A stretch of DNA of 64,000 nt, taken from assembly GCA_021787125.1 (NCBI GenBank), contig JAJYMI010000076.1, positions 264 to 64,263 on the forward strand, read 5' to 3'. The DNA comes from Thermoplasmata archaeon. Lineage in GTDB: Archaea; Thermoplasmatota; Thermoplasmata; Thermoplasmatales; GCA-001856825. The notes beneath the pieces were generated by a model that was not told where the DNA came from, searched no databases, and worked only from the letters and a program-made list of their open reading frames with translations. A program made the translations under genes and the position numbers. Positions 30,594 to 40,045 of this stretch are shown piece by piece; position 1 is the first letter of the stretch; every line of letters starts with the position of its first letter.

Positions 30594-32390
30594 TTATCCT
30601 TGATAGTTTTTCCAAGCGTCGTTTATGCTCTTCTTAAGTCCTTTCTCGTATCTTCTTATTCCTTTGTCGAAATTTGTCATTGACTCTTTCTTCATAAAAT
30701 AAGCCCGTACATCCTGTTCATTTTTAGACGCCGACTTACTCACTTCAAGTGCCCGATGGATGTTTCCTGTAATTTCCACCTGTAATTTCTCGGAGCCTAA
30801 GAACTTGATCCATAACTTCAAGTCTAACGCGCCAGCTTTTGTCTTGCACTCGTCTAATGCCTCGTACAAGTAAGCACTCACGAAATGCTGAGAGTACCGA
30901 AGTAACTCTTTGTACCTCACCGATTTCTTTCCAATTTTATTAACAACGTTGTAAGACCTCCAGGTCGTTATGTAGTCGATAACTGGATGGTCCTTGCTAA
31001 TCTCCTGTTTAATTTTCTCTTCAGGAAACGCATCTTCATACCTGTCGGGTTCTGAAAATACTTCTTCAACATTCCCTCTCACTCCCTCGTGGGGAAGATG
31101 GTGTTTACAGACAAGATACAACAGGCCTAGACGTTTCATCAGGACATTCGATTGCGAGGCCTTAGCGCCTTCGGTTCTTTTCCTGTAATATGTCCAATTG
31201 AACAGGTTAAATAGTTCTTCCAACCTTACTTGACGAGGGTCCGTAGAGCGGAGGTCCGAAGGTAGTATATTGTTCTGTGTATTGAGAGCGGCTATAATGT
31301 CTATGCTGTTTGAGTAGGTTCTGTTATTTTCGTAAGGCAATCGATATGCCCTAATCAGTATTTGGGCACCTTTTCCAGCATTTCGATTCCTGTAATAGGC
31401 CTGATAAAGGGCCCTCAAGGTTTGGCCCCCGTTCACGACCTGAGGATTCCTTAACACTAACCTTTGCAATTCCTCGTCGATGGTAACCTGATCTGCGAAA
31501 ATCATCATTCCATTATGCTTATACCAAAACCAAGAGGGGGATTCCGTGAAGGACTTCTGTATTCCCTTGTTTATTCTGTTTGCTCCTAGAAATTCTCGAA
31601 CGTTCTTTTGAAGGTATGCCTGCACATCTCTTTCTTCGTCAAACCACTTAAGGATTTCGTGGATGTTTGCTGTGCAGACAGTTGCATCTATGTCGCCCTC
31701 TGTGTATCTTAGAAATCTATTTCCCACAATCTGTATTTCCTTTCTGCCAGTGTAGGGGATAAACCCATGATTCACATCGTAAATGACACTATCTAGTTGA
31801 CTGCTATCAACAGGGGAAAACGCGGTGTTTAGCTTCCATCTCTTTTCTGTGAAGAATTTTCTGATCCTTTTTTCTACTGAACCACTGTCGGTTTTCTTGA
31901 TGCGGTCAGTAGTTAACCAAATGACTTCCAAGTTCGCGTTTAAGTCGTCATTCTGCTCCCGCAACTGATGAACGAACTCATCTGCCTTCCTATTGGGGTT
32001 ATCATTGGAAACCGAGTTGAGTATCTTCCTTATGTCCTCCCACAGGTTTCCTTCTGCCGCGGCCTTTTGCTTTCCTACAAACTTTGTCTGAATAATGTAA
32101 AAAGTGTTGTCTTCCTTATAGTAAAAATCTATTCCTCCATCATCTTTACCATCGACATATTGCTCTTTGAAGTCTTCATCACTCACCTTGAATCTAGCCT
32201 TGGTAAAGTATCTGGTCAGTTCTCTAGTGGCTTCTTTATCACTCAAAGTCCTAAGATAATTTGTCAGCTCACCCGAATTGTTAATCTGTCGGTCCTCCAT
32301 CTTTAATTCCCTCCCATGTAAAATATCTAGTATTTCAAAAATCTTTCTAGCTTGGGATGATTCTTCCCAAGGAAATCTACGGATCATCAA
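30594..32390 (-). CDS. AIPR-family abortive-infection protein
   Basis: N-terminal DGGIDFYY...FYIIQTKF nuclease-like core and central VVNGGQTL motif. Located next to an RM pair, as is typical for AIPR. Confidence 0.7.
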   Translation of the reverse strand: MMIRRFPWEESSQARKIFEILDILHGRELKMEDRQINNSGELTNYLRTLSDKEATRELTRYFTKARFKVSDEDFKEQYVDGKDDGGIDFYYKEDNTFYIIQTKFVGKQKAAAEGNLWEDIRKILNSVSNDNPNRKADEFVHQLREQNDDLNANLEVIWLTTDRIKKTDSGSVEKRIRKFFTEKRWKLNTAFSPVDSSQLDSVIYDVNHGFIPYTGRKEIQIVGNRFLRYTEGDIDATVCTANIHEILKWFDEERDVQAYLQKNVREFLGANRINKGIQKSFTESPSWFWYKHNGMMIFADQVTIDEELQRLVLRNPQVVNGGQTLRALYQAYYRNRNAGKGAQILIRAYRLPYENNRTYSNSIDIIAALNTQNNILPSDLRSTDPRQVRLEELFNLFNWTYYRKRTEGAKASQSNVLMKRLGLLYLVCKHHLPHEGVRGNVEEVFSEPDRYEDAFPEEKIKQEISKDHPVIDYITTWRSYNVVNKIGKKSVRYKELLRYSQHFVSAYLYEALDECKTKAGALDLKLWIKFLGSEKLQVEITGNIHRALEVSKSASKNEQDVRAYFMKKESMTNFDKGIRRYEKGLKKSINDAWKNYQG

Positions 32391-32627
32391 AAGAGTCTCT
32401 ATAGGAAGATAAGTTGAACTTGAGACAATTAAGAAATACTAAAAGTGTACGAACGTTAGCATTGCACAAGAAAAGGCAGAATGTTCAAAAGTGTATACAA
32501 TAATTAGCCCTCAGCATCCGGAATCGAATTTGTCGTAGGATATAGTGATAGTTACAACATCTGCAAATATGTCTAATATTCTGATTCATCTCCAAATATC
32601 TTGACATTTTATCAGAACCGGTAACGA

Positions 32628-33968
32628 CTATCCTGCTTCCCTTAGATTGTCTACAACGATCTTGGGGTCGATTTTATAGCCGTCCTTATCCAATCTCTCA
32701 ACTCCTCCCTCGAGTACCAATATTTTGAAAGTTTCGACTGACGCTTTACGTTTGGCTTGGGATTCTTTAGGAGGTATGCCGTCCTCCCATATGTCCTTGG
32801 CCATCTTCTCATAGCTCTTAATGTTCAGTCTCGAGTGATGTTTCAGTATGATGTCTTTGTGAATACGCCAACCTTTACCCTCTATCAGATTTCGGTTCTT
32901 TACAGTCTTCTTTTTTCTTCTTTCCTCCACCATGTATGAGATCTTAAGCGCATGCTCTGCTTCTTTTGGTCCGGCTCTCTCGAGTATTCGGCTCATCCAT
33001 GACGGTCTATTAACATTGAATCTATCAATAGCCGTCGTATAGGGTTCTTCTTCGGGGTGATGTCTCGTATACGGCAGGAGTGAATAAATGGCGATCGTTT
33101 GCCCCTGTCTCAATGAAGATGCGAGCTCAATTATCTGTCTCCAATACTGAGGAGTGACGTTCACCAATGCAGCCATGTTCTCGTAGGTACTTCTATGTAT
33201 GATCTTGACTGGAGACTCCCTTATTACTGAGTCGATAGAGCTAGGCTTGATAACGTTGAATATGGGCCATGTGCTTTCGTGGCGTACTTTCCAAACCTTG
33301 AATGCAAGAAATAGGTTCTCTGAAGACATTCCTCGTCTCGAGTTGCCGGCCTCAAATCCCTCGTTGAAATAGAGGATCTTCCTCCTGGAGTTCTGGGGCC
33401 AGTCGTCAGGGTTCTTGGGATCAAACTCGAAGTGTTCTGTCAGGGCATCGCTAAACTCAGTAAGCTCTTGGTCGTTTATCTCCGGGTGCATTTCAATGAT
33501 AGTTTCTGTAATGGCGTCTGCGTCTCCGTAGACGTGCATTTCGCAACCCTCCTTAAACTCCTTAAGGTATCGCCAAAGCTCGAAACCTAACGACCAACCG
33601 GTATTGGTCTTCCCGGAACCCCAGTCTCCAAAGATTACGATAGGCGTAGGCTGCAACTTTATTATCTTCAGTACTCCGTTCGAATACGGGAGGAAAATGG
33701 AATAGTTGTACGAATCAGCAATGACTCCAGCCCGTCCGTCTTCGTCCAATATGAACCACTCTTTGAACTGACGGCTTAAGTTGTCTATGGCGTGCTCAAA
33801 CAGATCCAGGCTGTTTGTCTTCAGTAATTTGTTTTTGAGTAGGTCGGTTTCCTCACTTCTCACGCGATCAAAGATTGCCGGGTCTCCAAACTGGCCAGGC
33901 CACAACATGCGTTGTTTGAATAGCCAATGCTCTTCGTCAGGGTTATAAAAACCTGCCTCACCTGACAC
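32628..33968 (-). CDS. P-loop NTPase, 446 aa (candidate packaging/assembly ATPase)
   Basis: Walker A IVIFGDWGSGKTNTG and possible Walker B KILYFNEG. Confidence 0.6.
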   Translation of the reverse strand: MSGEAGFYNPDEEHWLFKQRMLWPGQFGDPAIFDRVRSEETDLLKNKLLKTNSLDLFEHAIDNLSRQFKEWFILDEDGRAGVIADSYNYSIFLPYSNGVLKIIKLQPTPIVIFGDWGSGKTNTGWSLGFELWRYLKEFKEGCEMHVYGDADAITETIIEMHPEINDQELTEFSDALTEHFEFDPKNPDDWPQNSRRKILYFNEGFEAGNSRRGMSSENLFLAFKVWKVRHESTWPIFNVIKPSSIDSVIRESPVKIIHRSTYENMAALVNVTPQYWRQIIELASSLRQGQTIAIYSLLPYTRHHPEEEPYTTAIDRFNVNRPSWMSRILERAGPKEAEHALKISYMVEERRKKKTVKNRNLIEGKGWRIHKDIILKHHSRLNIKSYEKMAKDIWEDGIPPKESQAKRKASVETFKILVLEGGVERLDKDGYKIDPKIVVDNLREAG

Positions 33969-35163
33969 TTTTCTTTTCGCCGTCCTTTATCTCGAGACTG
34001 CTCAACATTACTTGCTCAATAAGGCTAGTAATTCCGAGAACGAACTTATCCCAGTTCTCAGCTCTTCCCCACATCGAGAACTCGAGAGAAAACGTCATTG
34101 AGCTAGAATCGAGACTGATTGTTATGTCCTGGTATCGGTCCTTGATGGCACCGATAGTACCCTGTCTTACGACTTTACCTGATTCAAACTTGGGCCCAAA
34201 GTAGATTCTCTTATCGGAACGATCTCCTGGGTAGTAAGCGTCGCTGGTCAGTAGGTTTCCGGTACCCAGATATTCCATCGACGAGCGTTTGAGTCTAGAA
34301 TATAGGGTCTCTCCTCCGTTCTGTCTGAGGATTAGCGGCCATGTGATTACTCCGTAATTTGTAACTAGCGTCAGGTTTGCGGACCCTTCAGGGAATTTGC
34401 TGTATTTTTCCTTGGTTACGATAACTTCCCCCGTCTCCTCATCAGCAAGGACAGACCACAGTTTACCGGTTCTGACTGAAATGAGAGGGAGTTCTTCATC
34501 TGACCGATTTTGCCCAGTGTCGTTTTCTGCAGAGGCCACAGCAACATCTGTCAGTTCCATAAGAGTTTGGTCTCCTTGCGCCTTCTGAGGTTCCTTAACC
34601 GATCTTATATGTTCCTCCAGTTCAGTCTTGAGTTCTGAGATTTCCCTTTGTGCATTCTCCATGCCCTCCTTGATGTTTTTGTTCAGCTCTTCTTTCAATT
34701 GGCCTATTGCTTTGACTACAGAGCCATAGTCTTGCCCCTCAATATGCAGCTTCTTTATTAGTTCCTCTCCGTGCTCTTCGTAGTATCTATAAGCGGCCTC
34801 CTCTAGCGCCTCAGAGTCGGTCTCTGCTTTCCTTTCGTACATTTCTATCATTTTGTCCTTCGGGTCACCCCTCTTTATTTCCTCAGTTATGGAACCTACA
34901 ACCTTTCCTTTTACATCATTGAACACCGCCGGATCCATGACGTTCTCTGGTTTTTCTATGCTCTCATCGGCAAATGCTTCGGCGACCCCTCTAAACATAA
35001 CGAGCTTATCTAGATCCAGGCTTGTCACAAAATCTCCGAATCTGGGGCAAGCCTCCAGGAATTCATCATAACCAAGTTTATTCAGGGTCCTAATGAGAAG
35101 GGTATAGTTAACGTTCAGTTTCTTGTCGTAGCCAGTGTCAGGTATGCCGTCACTCGTAGACAT
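33958..35163 (-). CDS. Hypothetical 401-aa protein with central coiled coil
   Basis: ORF track. Overlaps both neighbours. Confidence 0.55.
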   Translation of the reverse strand: MSTSDGIPDTGYDKKLNVNYTLLIRTLNKLGYDEFLEACPRFGDFVTSLDLDKLVMFRGVAEAFADESIEKPENVMDPAVFNDVKGKVVGSITEEIKRGDPKDKMIEMYERKAETDSEALEEAAYRYYEEHGEELIKKLHIEGQDYGSVVKAIGQLKEELNKNIKEGMENAQREISELKTELEEHIRSVKEPQKAQGDQTLMELTDVAVASAENDTGQNRSDEELPLISVRTGKLWSVLADEETGEVIVTKEKYSKFPEGSANLTLVTNYGVITWPLILRQNGGETLYSRLKRSSMEYLGTGNLLTSDAYYPGDRSDKRIYFGPKFESGKVVRQGTIGAIKDRYQDITISLDSSSMTFSLEFSMWGRAENWDKFVLGITSLIEQVMLSSLEIKDGEKKSVR

Positions 35164-36007
35164 CTTCTATGACCCTTTTACTTGAGGACCTTCTGACAAA
35201 GTAGTAGATAGTTCCAAGTAGAAACACTATTATCATCACGTCCCCTATCACGTTTTCAAACCACACTGACCCGTAGGGATTTGGCACGTTCCCGAACGTA
35301 TAGGTGAGGGGAGGGCCCGAAAAAATGTCCTGCTGGATGTTTACCCCTGCTGAGTTGAGCCATCCCCATTTGTCCATTACATTGACTACGACCGTTTCTC
35401 CCTCATTGGAAGGCGTGAAAGTCATATTCGTTGTGTTGAACACGCCAACGGTCTGGGAGCTTCCTCCGGGGAACTGGTAAGAAATTGTGACCTGAAAGGG
35501 GTAGGATTGGTTGGCTTTACCCGTTGTGTTGAGCATATCTGAATGAAAAATGAACTCTCCGTTGCTGAGGAAGAGTGCGGTATACGGAACCGGGGGAGGG
35601 GAGACGAGGAAATTCGTGGTAATAGGACTGCAGTTCTCCCCGTTAGTTGTGAAATACACCTGAAGGGAGTAATAACCCTGCTCGATACCATTCAGGTAAT
35701 AGGTCAGAATTTCGCCGTTAGGAGCGGTGATCGTTCCACTCTCTATCTTGGACCCGTTATTATCATAGATGGAAAGGTAGTATGTTAGGGCAGAACTCTG
35801 GGGAATGTTCTCTATTGCAAAGATCCCCTCGATTTGGACATAAATGCTCGTGTTCTCTATGTACATAGGTGCCACGTTTACCCTCAAGACATTTTCCTGG
35901 CTCTGTGCAGGTACGGAACTAAGAGAGAATATTCCAATAATGGCCATTATTGCAATTAAGGAGATTGCTCTATTTCTTGCCTTTCGAAGATTCATCGCTG
36001 GTTCCAC
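35150..36007 (-). CDS. Secreted/type-I membrane protein, 285 aa
   Basis: Signal-like AISLIAIMAIIGIFSLSSVPAQSQ and C-terminal TM VMIIVFLLGTIYYFV. Confidence 0.55.
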   Translation of the reverse strand: MEPAMNLRKARNRAISLIAIMAIIGIFSLSSVPAQSQENVLRVNVAPMYIENTSIYVQIEGIFAIENIPQSSALTYYLSIYDNNGSKIESGTITAPNGEILTYYLNGIEQGYYSLQVYFTTNGENCSPITTNFLVSPPPVPYTALFLSNGEFIFHSDMLNTTGKANQSYPFQVTISYQFPGGSSQTVGVFNTTNMTFTPSNEGETVVVNVMDKWGWLNSAGVNIQQDIFSGPPLTYTFGNVPNPYGSVWFENVIGDVMIIVFLLGTIYYFVRRSSSKRVIEDVYE

Positions 36008-36752
36008 CTCTCGTCAACCTAAGGGTATCCTGTATCAACTCGATGCTCGGTGCATATCTTATGCGCAGTTCCCGCTCTAGCTTCTGACTGTAAATCTTCA
36101 GGTCCCTGTTTTCCTTCTGGAGTGCAAGTATCTCCCTGACCTCGCCGGTACCAAGACCCTCAACCACGATCAAGCTAGGTCTTCTCCCCGGCTCTATAAT
36201 GAGGTCACTTGCCTCAATGTAGTAGGACAGTCCCTTCTTCCTGACGTAGGCTTTGTAAACGGTGACTGGCTGCTTGCCTAGGTTCCGGATCAGATAGAAG
36301 GAAATCAGTCCTCTATCGGGTCCCCTGACCTTGTAGTACCAGTGGTTCTTTCCTTCAAACACCAGAACTGGTTTCCAAAGGGTACCAGGACCCCAGGCCA
36401 ACAGGAGAATAATCAACCCAATCCATAAGGGCAGAAAGGTCATCCTTTGCCAGAGGAAGCCGGATATCAGCAGTTCCCCGTAATAGAATGCTCCCGGTAC
36501 TATCGTTGGATAAAGGAAAGCGACGTTGAGGACGAGGATAACTATAACCGCAAATACGAAAATTGCAAGCCAGTTGATCTCCTTGTAGTATTCCCCTTCG
36601 GGACTCGCTCCCATGTCCACTGATCGCCGTTCCAACCTGTTCTTCCTCAGGTCCCTGTTCCTCCTGTGGCTCTGCGAATATCTTATTCTCCAGAAAAAGA
36701 AAACAACTGCAGCAATCACAGCTGCAACCAACACCAAGAGTTCCATATTCAC
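35970..36752 (-). CDS. Polytopic membrane protein, 260 aa
   Basis: Several hydrophobic helices (LLVLVAAVIAAVVFFFW, WLAIFVFAVIVILVLNVAFLY, FLPLWIGLIILLLAW). Confidence 0.55.
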   Translation of the reverse strand: MNMELLVLVAAVIAAVVFFFWRIRYSQSHRRNRDLRKNRLERRSVDMGASPEGEYYKEINWLAIFVFAVIVILVLNVAFLYPTIVPGAFYYGELLISGFLWQRMTFLPLWIGLIILLLAWGPGTLWKPVLVFEGKNHWYYKVRGPDRGLISFYLIRNLGKQPVTVYKAYVRKKGLSYYIEASDLIIEPGRRPSLIVVEGLGTGEVREILALQKENRDLKIYSQKLERELRIRYAPSIELIQDTLRLTRGGTSDESSKGKK

Positions 36753-36753
36753 T

Positions 36754-37119
36754 TCAGATCACCTTCAGCCGAAAGAGGACGGAAGCTACAGAAACCAGAA
36801 CAAGGGAAACTGAGGTCCAGAATACTACATGAGAAGTTTTGTCCATTAGCAGACGTTCTTTGACTTTTTTGGGCCTCTCGTCGCCCAAGTAATAAATCAA
36901 GGTCTCGCAGTCCTTCTCTATCTCCTTAAGAGTTTTGTTCAAGACCAGATCCTGTGCAAGTTGAATCTCGATTCCCAGGAGCTTTGCTATCTCCCCTATC
37001 CAAATATCCCTGTTGTCCCGGATTCTCTTGTATTCATCAGCGTGAGCCTTCAGGGTAGTCTCACGCTGCCTCTCTATCGATAACTCGTCGTTTTCCTGAA
37101 AAATGTCAGTGGAATTCAC
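36754..37119 (-). CDS. Hypothetical 121-aa tail-anchored membrane protein
   Basis: C-terminal TM VVFWTSVSLVLVSVASVLF. ATGA overlap with the upstream gene. Confidence 0.5.
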   Translation of the reverse strand: MNSTDIFQENDELSIERQRETTLKAHADEYKRIRDNRDIWIGEIAKLLGIEIQLAQDLVLNKTLKEIEKDCETLIYYLGDERPKKVKERLLMDKTSHVVFWTSVSLVLVSVASVLFRLKVI

Positions 37120-38066
37120 GCCTCGCCCTTCTCAAGTTTGCTGAAATCTATCGACTCGTCAGCCCATCTTACTGCATCCTGCCAGCTTCTCTCGGTCGTT
37201 CCCACCCTTGTGACTCCGTCGCCCCGCTCAGACGCTGCCTCCCTCAGGTGTGATTTTTCCTCCTTCAGAAGATCCGGGTTCACGTGGACGAAATAGATGT
37301 CGTGATAGCTTCTAGGACCTTTTTCAACGTTGAATCCTATTGACATGACGTATCTGTCCTTATCAAAGAAGTCAGCAATCTCCCCTCCGGGGTTCACCCT
37401 GATCTTGGCGTTGAGGGGGATCTTCAGGCCGTCCTTCGTCTTGGCCCTGTCCCTGACCCTTCCGATCTCCCTGACCAGCCGGTTGTAGTTCTCCCTGTTG
37501 TGGGCCCGTTCCTGTTCTTGTTTCGTTTTCGACACTTTCGATTTTGGTCTCTTCCTCAGTTCCTCAAGAAATTTCTCCCAGGATTCTGTGTCTCCAATGT
37601 CTTGATAGCCCTCCCTGTAGCGCTTAAGGTCTTCCTCCGTCACAGCATCTGGATGTTTCTTTCTCCACTCGTCTGCCTTTGATGTGAACTCTGCATAGTC
37701 CCCTCCACTTCCCAACGGCTTGTGTTCAGGAAGCTCGGATCCAGGTTTCTCAATCTTCCCTGGTTCCACTTTCTGTCTGCTCTCCTTGGGCACTTCTGGA
37801 GTTTTGTATGTCGCTTCTACTATTTCCTTAGGCCGGGACCGAGAATGCGTTATGCTCAGGATTCTTCCCCCCTTCAAGATGGATTCGTAAGGTGCGTAGA
37901 GCCTCAGTCTCCTGTTTGTCTCTATCAGCCTTGTCCTTTTCCCCTTATCCCTCAGTCTCTTGACATCTTTCTCTGCCTTCCTCCTGGATTCACCATAGGG
38001 TCTGCGTTTGTTGATCGGATAGACCTTCCTTCTCTCGCCTCTCCCCTTGCTTCTAAATTCTGTCAT
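37116..38066 (-). CDS. FRxKGKG-N-terminus family member 1 (316 aa, highly charged)
   Basis: MTEFRSKGRGERRKVYPINKRRPYG. 4-nt overlaps with neighbours. Confidence 0.6.
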   Translation of the reverse strand: MTEFRSKGRGERRKVYPINKRRPYGESRRKAEKDVKRLRDKGKRTRLIETNRRLRLYAPYESILKGGRILSITHSRSRPKEIVEATYKTPEVPKESRQKVEPGKIEKPGSELPEHKPLGSGGDYAEFTSKADEWRKKHPDAVTEEDLKRYREGYQDIGDTESWEKFLEELRKRPKSKVSKTKQEQERAHNRENYNRLVREIGRVRDRAKTKDGLKIPLNAKIRVNPGGEIADFFDKDRYVMSIGFNVEKGPRSYHDIYFVHVNPDLLKEEKSHLREAASERGDGVTRVGTTERSWQDAVRWADESIDFSKLEKGEA

Positions 38067-38806
38067 GGTGTCGCCTCCAGCCCATCGACAAGGCGTTTGT
38101 ACCTGTCCGGGACATTGTACTTTATCTCCTCTTTCAGCTTCTTCTCGTCGTTCGCATACATGCCCCAGAGCGAGTCCTTGACTTCCCCTCTATCTTTGAT
38201 GACGAAACCGTAAATCTCTCCCATCAGGTACTGATTGTAGGTCTTGATCTCCTCCTCTAGGACTTTCCTCGCTTTGCTGACTGTTTGTGGGTCTACCTGG
38301 CCGTACTCTTTCTCGATCTGCTGTATAGTCGCGTAGATATAACCGGTGGCGCTGTCATCCCCTGTCTCGCTTATCTTGGCGCCCCATCCACCGTAATCGT
38401 GGAACGCGACGGGGATTTCCACCGCAATGTCCTTGCCGTCGAAGTACCCGCTTTCGGGACTCGTTGCTTCCTTGAAGTCTTCCTTGCTTGCATATGGATT
38501 TTTGTCTCCGAGGTTGTACTCGCGGTTCCATATCAGCATCGTGCCTAGGTTGTCCCATTCCCTGGGACTTTCTGGCGAGACGTCCCTGTATACCTTCAGG
38601 GACAAGTTGCCCTGCCTTGCAACGTAAACCGGCCCCCTTCCCAAGATCTTGTCTCTCTGGTCTTCCAACTCTTCTATCCTGTCCAGCGCTTGCGTGTATA
38701 CTTTGTACGAAACCAGCTTCCCCTTGCCTTTCCCGCTAAGTGTCTTTCCCATGAGAGGGTAGACCTTCCTGTCCCTGCCTTTTCCTTTGCTCCTAAAATC
38801 CGTCAT
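38063..38806 (-). CDS. FRxKGKG-N-terminus family member 2 (247 aa)
   Basis: MTDFRSKGKGRDRKVYPLMGKTLSG. Confidence 0.6.
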   Translation of the reverse strand: MTDFRSKGKGRDRKVYPLMGKTLSGKGKGKLVSYKVYTQALDRIEELEDQRDKILGRGPVYVARQGNLSLKVYRDVSPESPREWDNLGTMLIWNREYNLGDKNPYASKEDFKEATSPESGYFDGKDIAVEIPVAFHDYGGWGAKISETGDDSATGYIYATIQQIEKEYGQVDPQTVSKARKVLEEEIKTYNQYLMGEIYGFVIKDRGEVKDSLWGMYANDEKKLKEEIKYNVPDRYKRLVDGLEATP

Positions 38807-39339
38807 TTCATCCTCTCCTTTGTTATCTTCACTTCTCCATATGCGATGTTTTCTAGAGCACGGGCTTCCGCATCCTTCGCTTGGCTGAGCGTGAGATTGG
38901 AATCTAGAACTGTCCTGACTCCGTCCCGTTCATAGATCACCTGATATCTGCCCTTCTGCCTGTGGGCCCTAGATATGAACCGGTCGTAGTCTCCCTCGGT
39001 GACTGCCGATTCAGCAAGACCCCTCCATCCCCTCCTGATCTTGGATTCGATAGCCTTCCTCACGTCCATTTCGGATGCGTTGTCACTCTCGTAGCTCCCA
39101 ATACTGAACAGTGCTATCTCCCTTCCTTCAGTATCGTAAGCGTGGATGTAGTGGCCGCCAAACCAGGCCCAATAGGCCCTCGTTACTGGATCCCTTTGCG
39201 CAATCTTGGCGCCTTTGATCTCACTCCTCAGGTTTGACGTCAGCCTGGAATTGGAAGGGGTTTTTCCGAGCATTCTCCCTTGTGAAATAGGGAACACTTT
39301 TCTTCCCTGGCCCTTCCCCCTGGTCCTGAAGTCCGTCAT
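38803..39339 (-). CDS. FRxKGKG-N-terminus family member 3 (178 aa)
   Basis: MTDFRTRGKGQGRKVFPISQGRMLG. Confidence 0.6.
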   Translation of the reverse strand: MTDFRTRGKGQGRKVFPISQGRMLGKTPSNSRLTSNLRSEIKGAKIAQRDPVTRAYWAWFGGHYIHAYDTEGREIALFSIGSYESDNASEMDVRKAIESKIRRGWRGLAESAVTEGDYDRFISRAHRQKGRYQVIYERDGVRTVLDSNLTLSQAKDAEARALENIAYGEVKITKERMK

Positions 39340-39590
39340 TTCGTATCCCTCGTCCTGGGACTCTTGCCCTTGAATCCCCAGCTGTCGAAGTTCTCTTTAT
39401 TCCGCCTGTTTCGTCTCTGCCTTGGCGATATGTTTTCCCATCTCCTTTCCCCGATCTCTGCATTCCTGTGCCATTCCTTTCTGTCCTTCTTTGTGATCTT
39501 CCTGCGTTTCCCATTGATGGGGACGACGTATTTGCTTCCATTCTTGAAAACTGTTCTAAATTCCATTTTTTTCACCTCCTCTCTCGACAT
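39336..39590 (-). CDS. FRxKGKG-N-terminus family member 4 (84 aa, very basic)
   Basis: (MSREEVKK)MEFRTVFKNGSKYVVPINGKRRKITKK. The internal Met at 39566 may be the true start. Confidence 0.5.
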   Translation of the reverse strand: MSREEVKKMEFRTVFKNGSKYVVPINGKRRKITKKDRKEWHRNAEIGERRWENISPRQRRNRRNKENFDSWGFKGKSPRTRDTK

Positions 39591-39906
39591 CCGTCCTGTT
39601 CTTCGTGATCCAACTGCCTATACCAGAAATAACCCACCTTGGGCCTAGTTTAGTTGGAACTATTGACCCGTTAACCTGGTACTTGCTCCCGTCCGGGGTC
39701 CTGGCCACTAAATCAAAATCTCCGCCCCGTCTATAGAACGCTGCTTCGCTGATAGAGCGTCCTTTAATATCGTAGTAGAACCATTCCTCTTTGGTTTCCT
39801 TATAAGCTGACCTCAATTCCTTTTCAACGGCGTGTCTCCTTACGGCCTCGAGGCCCATAGCCGGACTCATACACAATCCGGTATATTCCTGGTCTCCCTC
39901 CTCCAT
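39556..39906 (-). CDS. 116-aa ORF; a fifth copy of the family motif lies upstream of its first ATG, in a frame open to 40053
   Basis: Own translation of 40053-39907: TARFITKKDRNGKNRHIPIGNAGHRRRDPYGYNNVAQATLKVSPPAKSG, then MEEGDQ. There is no ATG, GTG or TTG in that stretch. Confidence 0.45.
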   Translation of the reverse strand: MEEGDQEYTGLCMSPAMGLEAVRRHAVEKELRSAYKETKEEWFYYDIKGRSISEAAFYRRGGDFDLVARTPDGSKYQVNGSIVPTKLGPRWVISGIGSWITKNRTDVERGGEKNGI

Positions 39907-40045
39907 GCCGCTTTTTGCCGGAGGGCTAACTTTTAGTGTAGCCTGGGCTACGTTATTATACCCGTATGGGTCCCGTCTTCTATGTCCCGCATTGCCGATT
40001 GGAATGTGCCTGTTCTTTCCATTTCTGTCCTTCTTTGTAATGAAT

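Noticed and set aside
38285-39648. Multiple Arg/Pro-rich ORFs on both strands overlapping the FRxKGKG family genes
   Set aside because: This GC-rich region generates long alternative frames. The chosen frames are those linked by 4-nt start/stop overlaps and sharing the conserved N-terminal motif.
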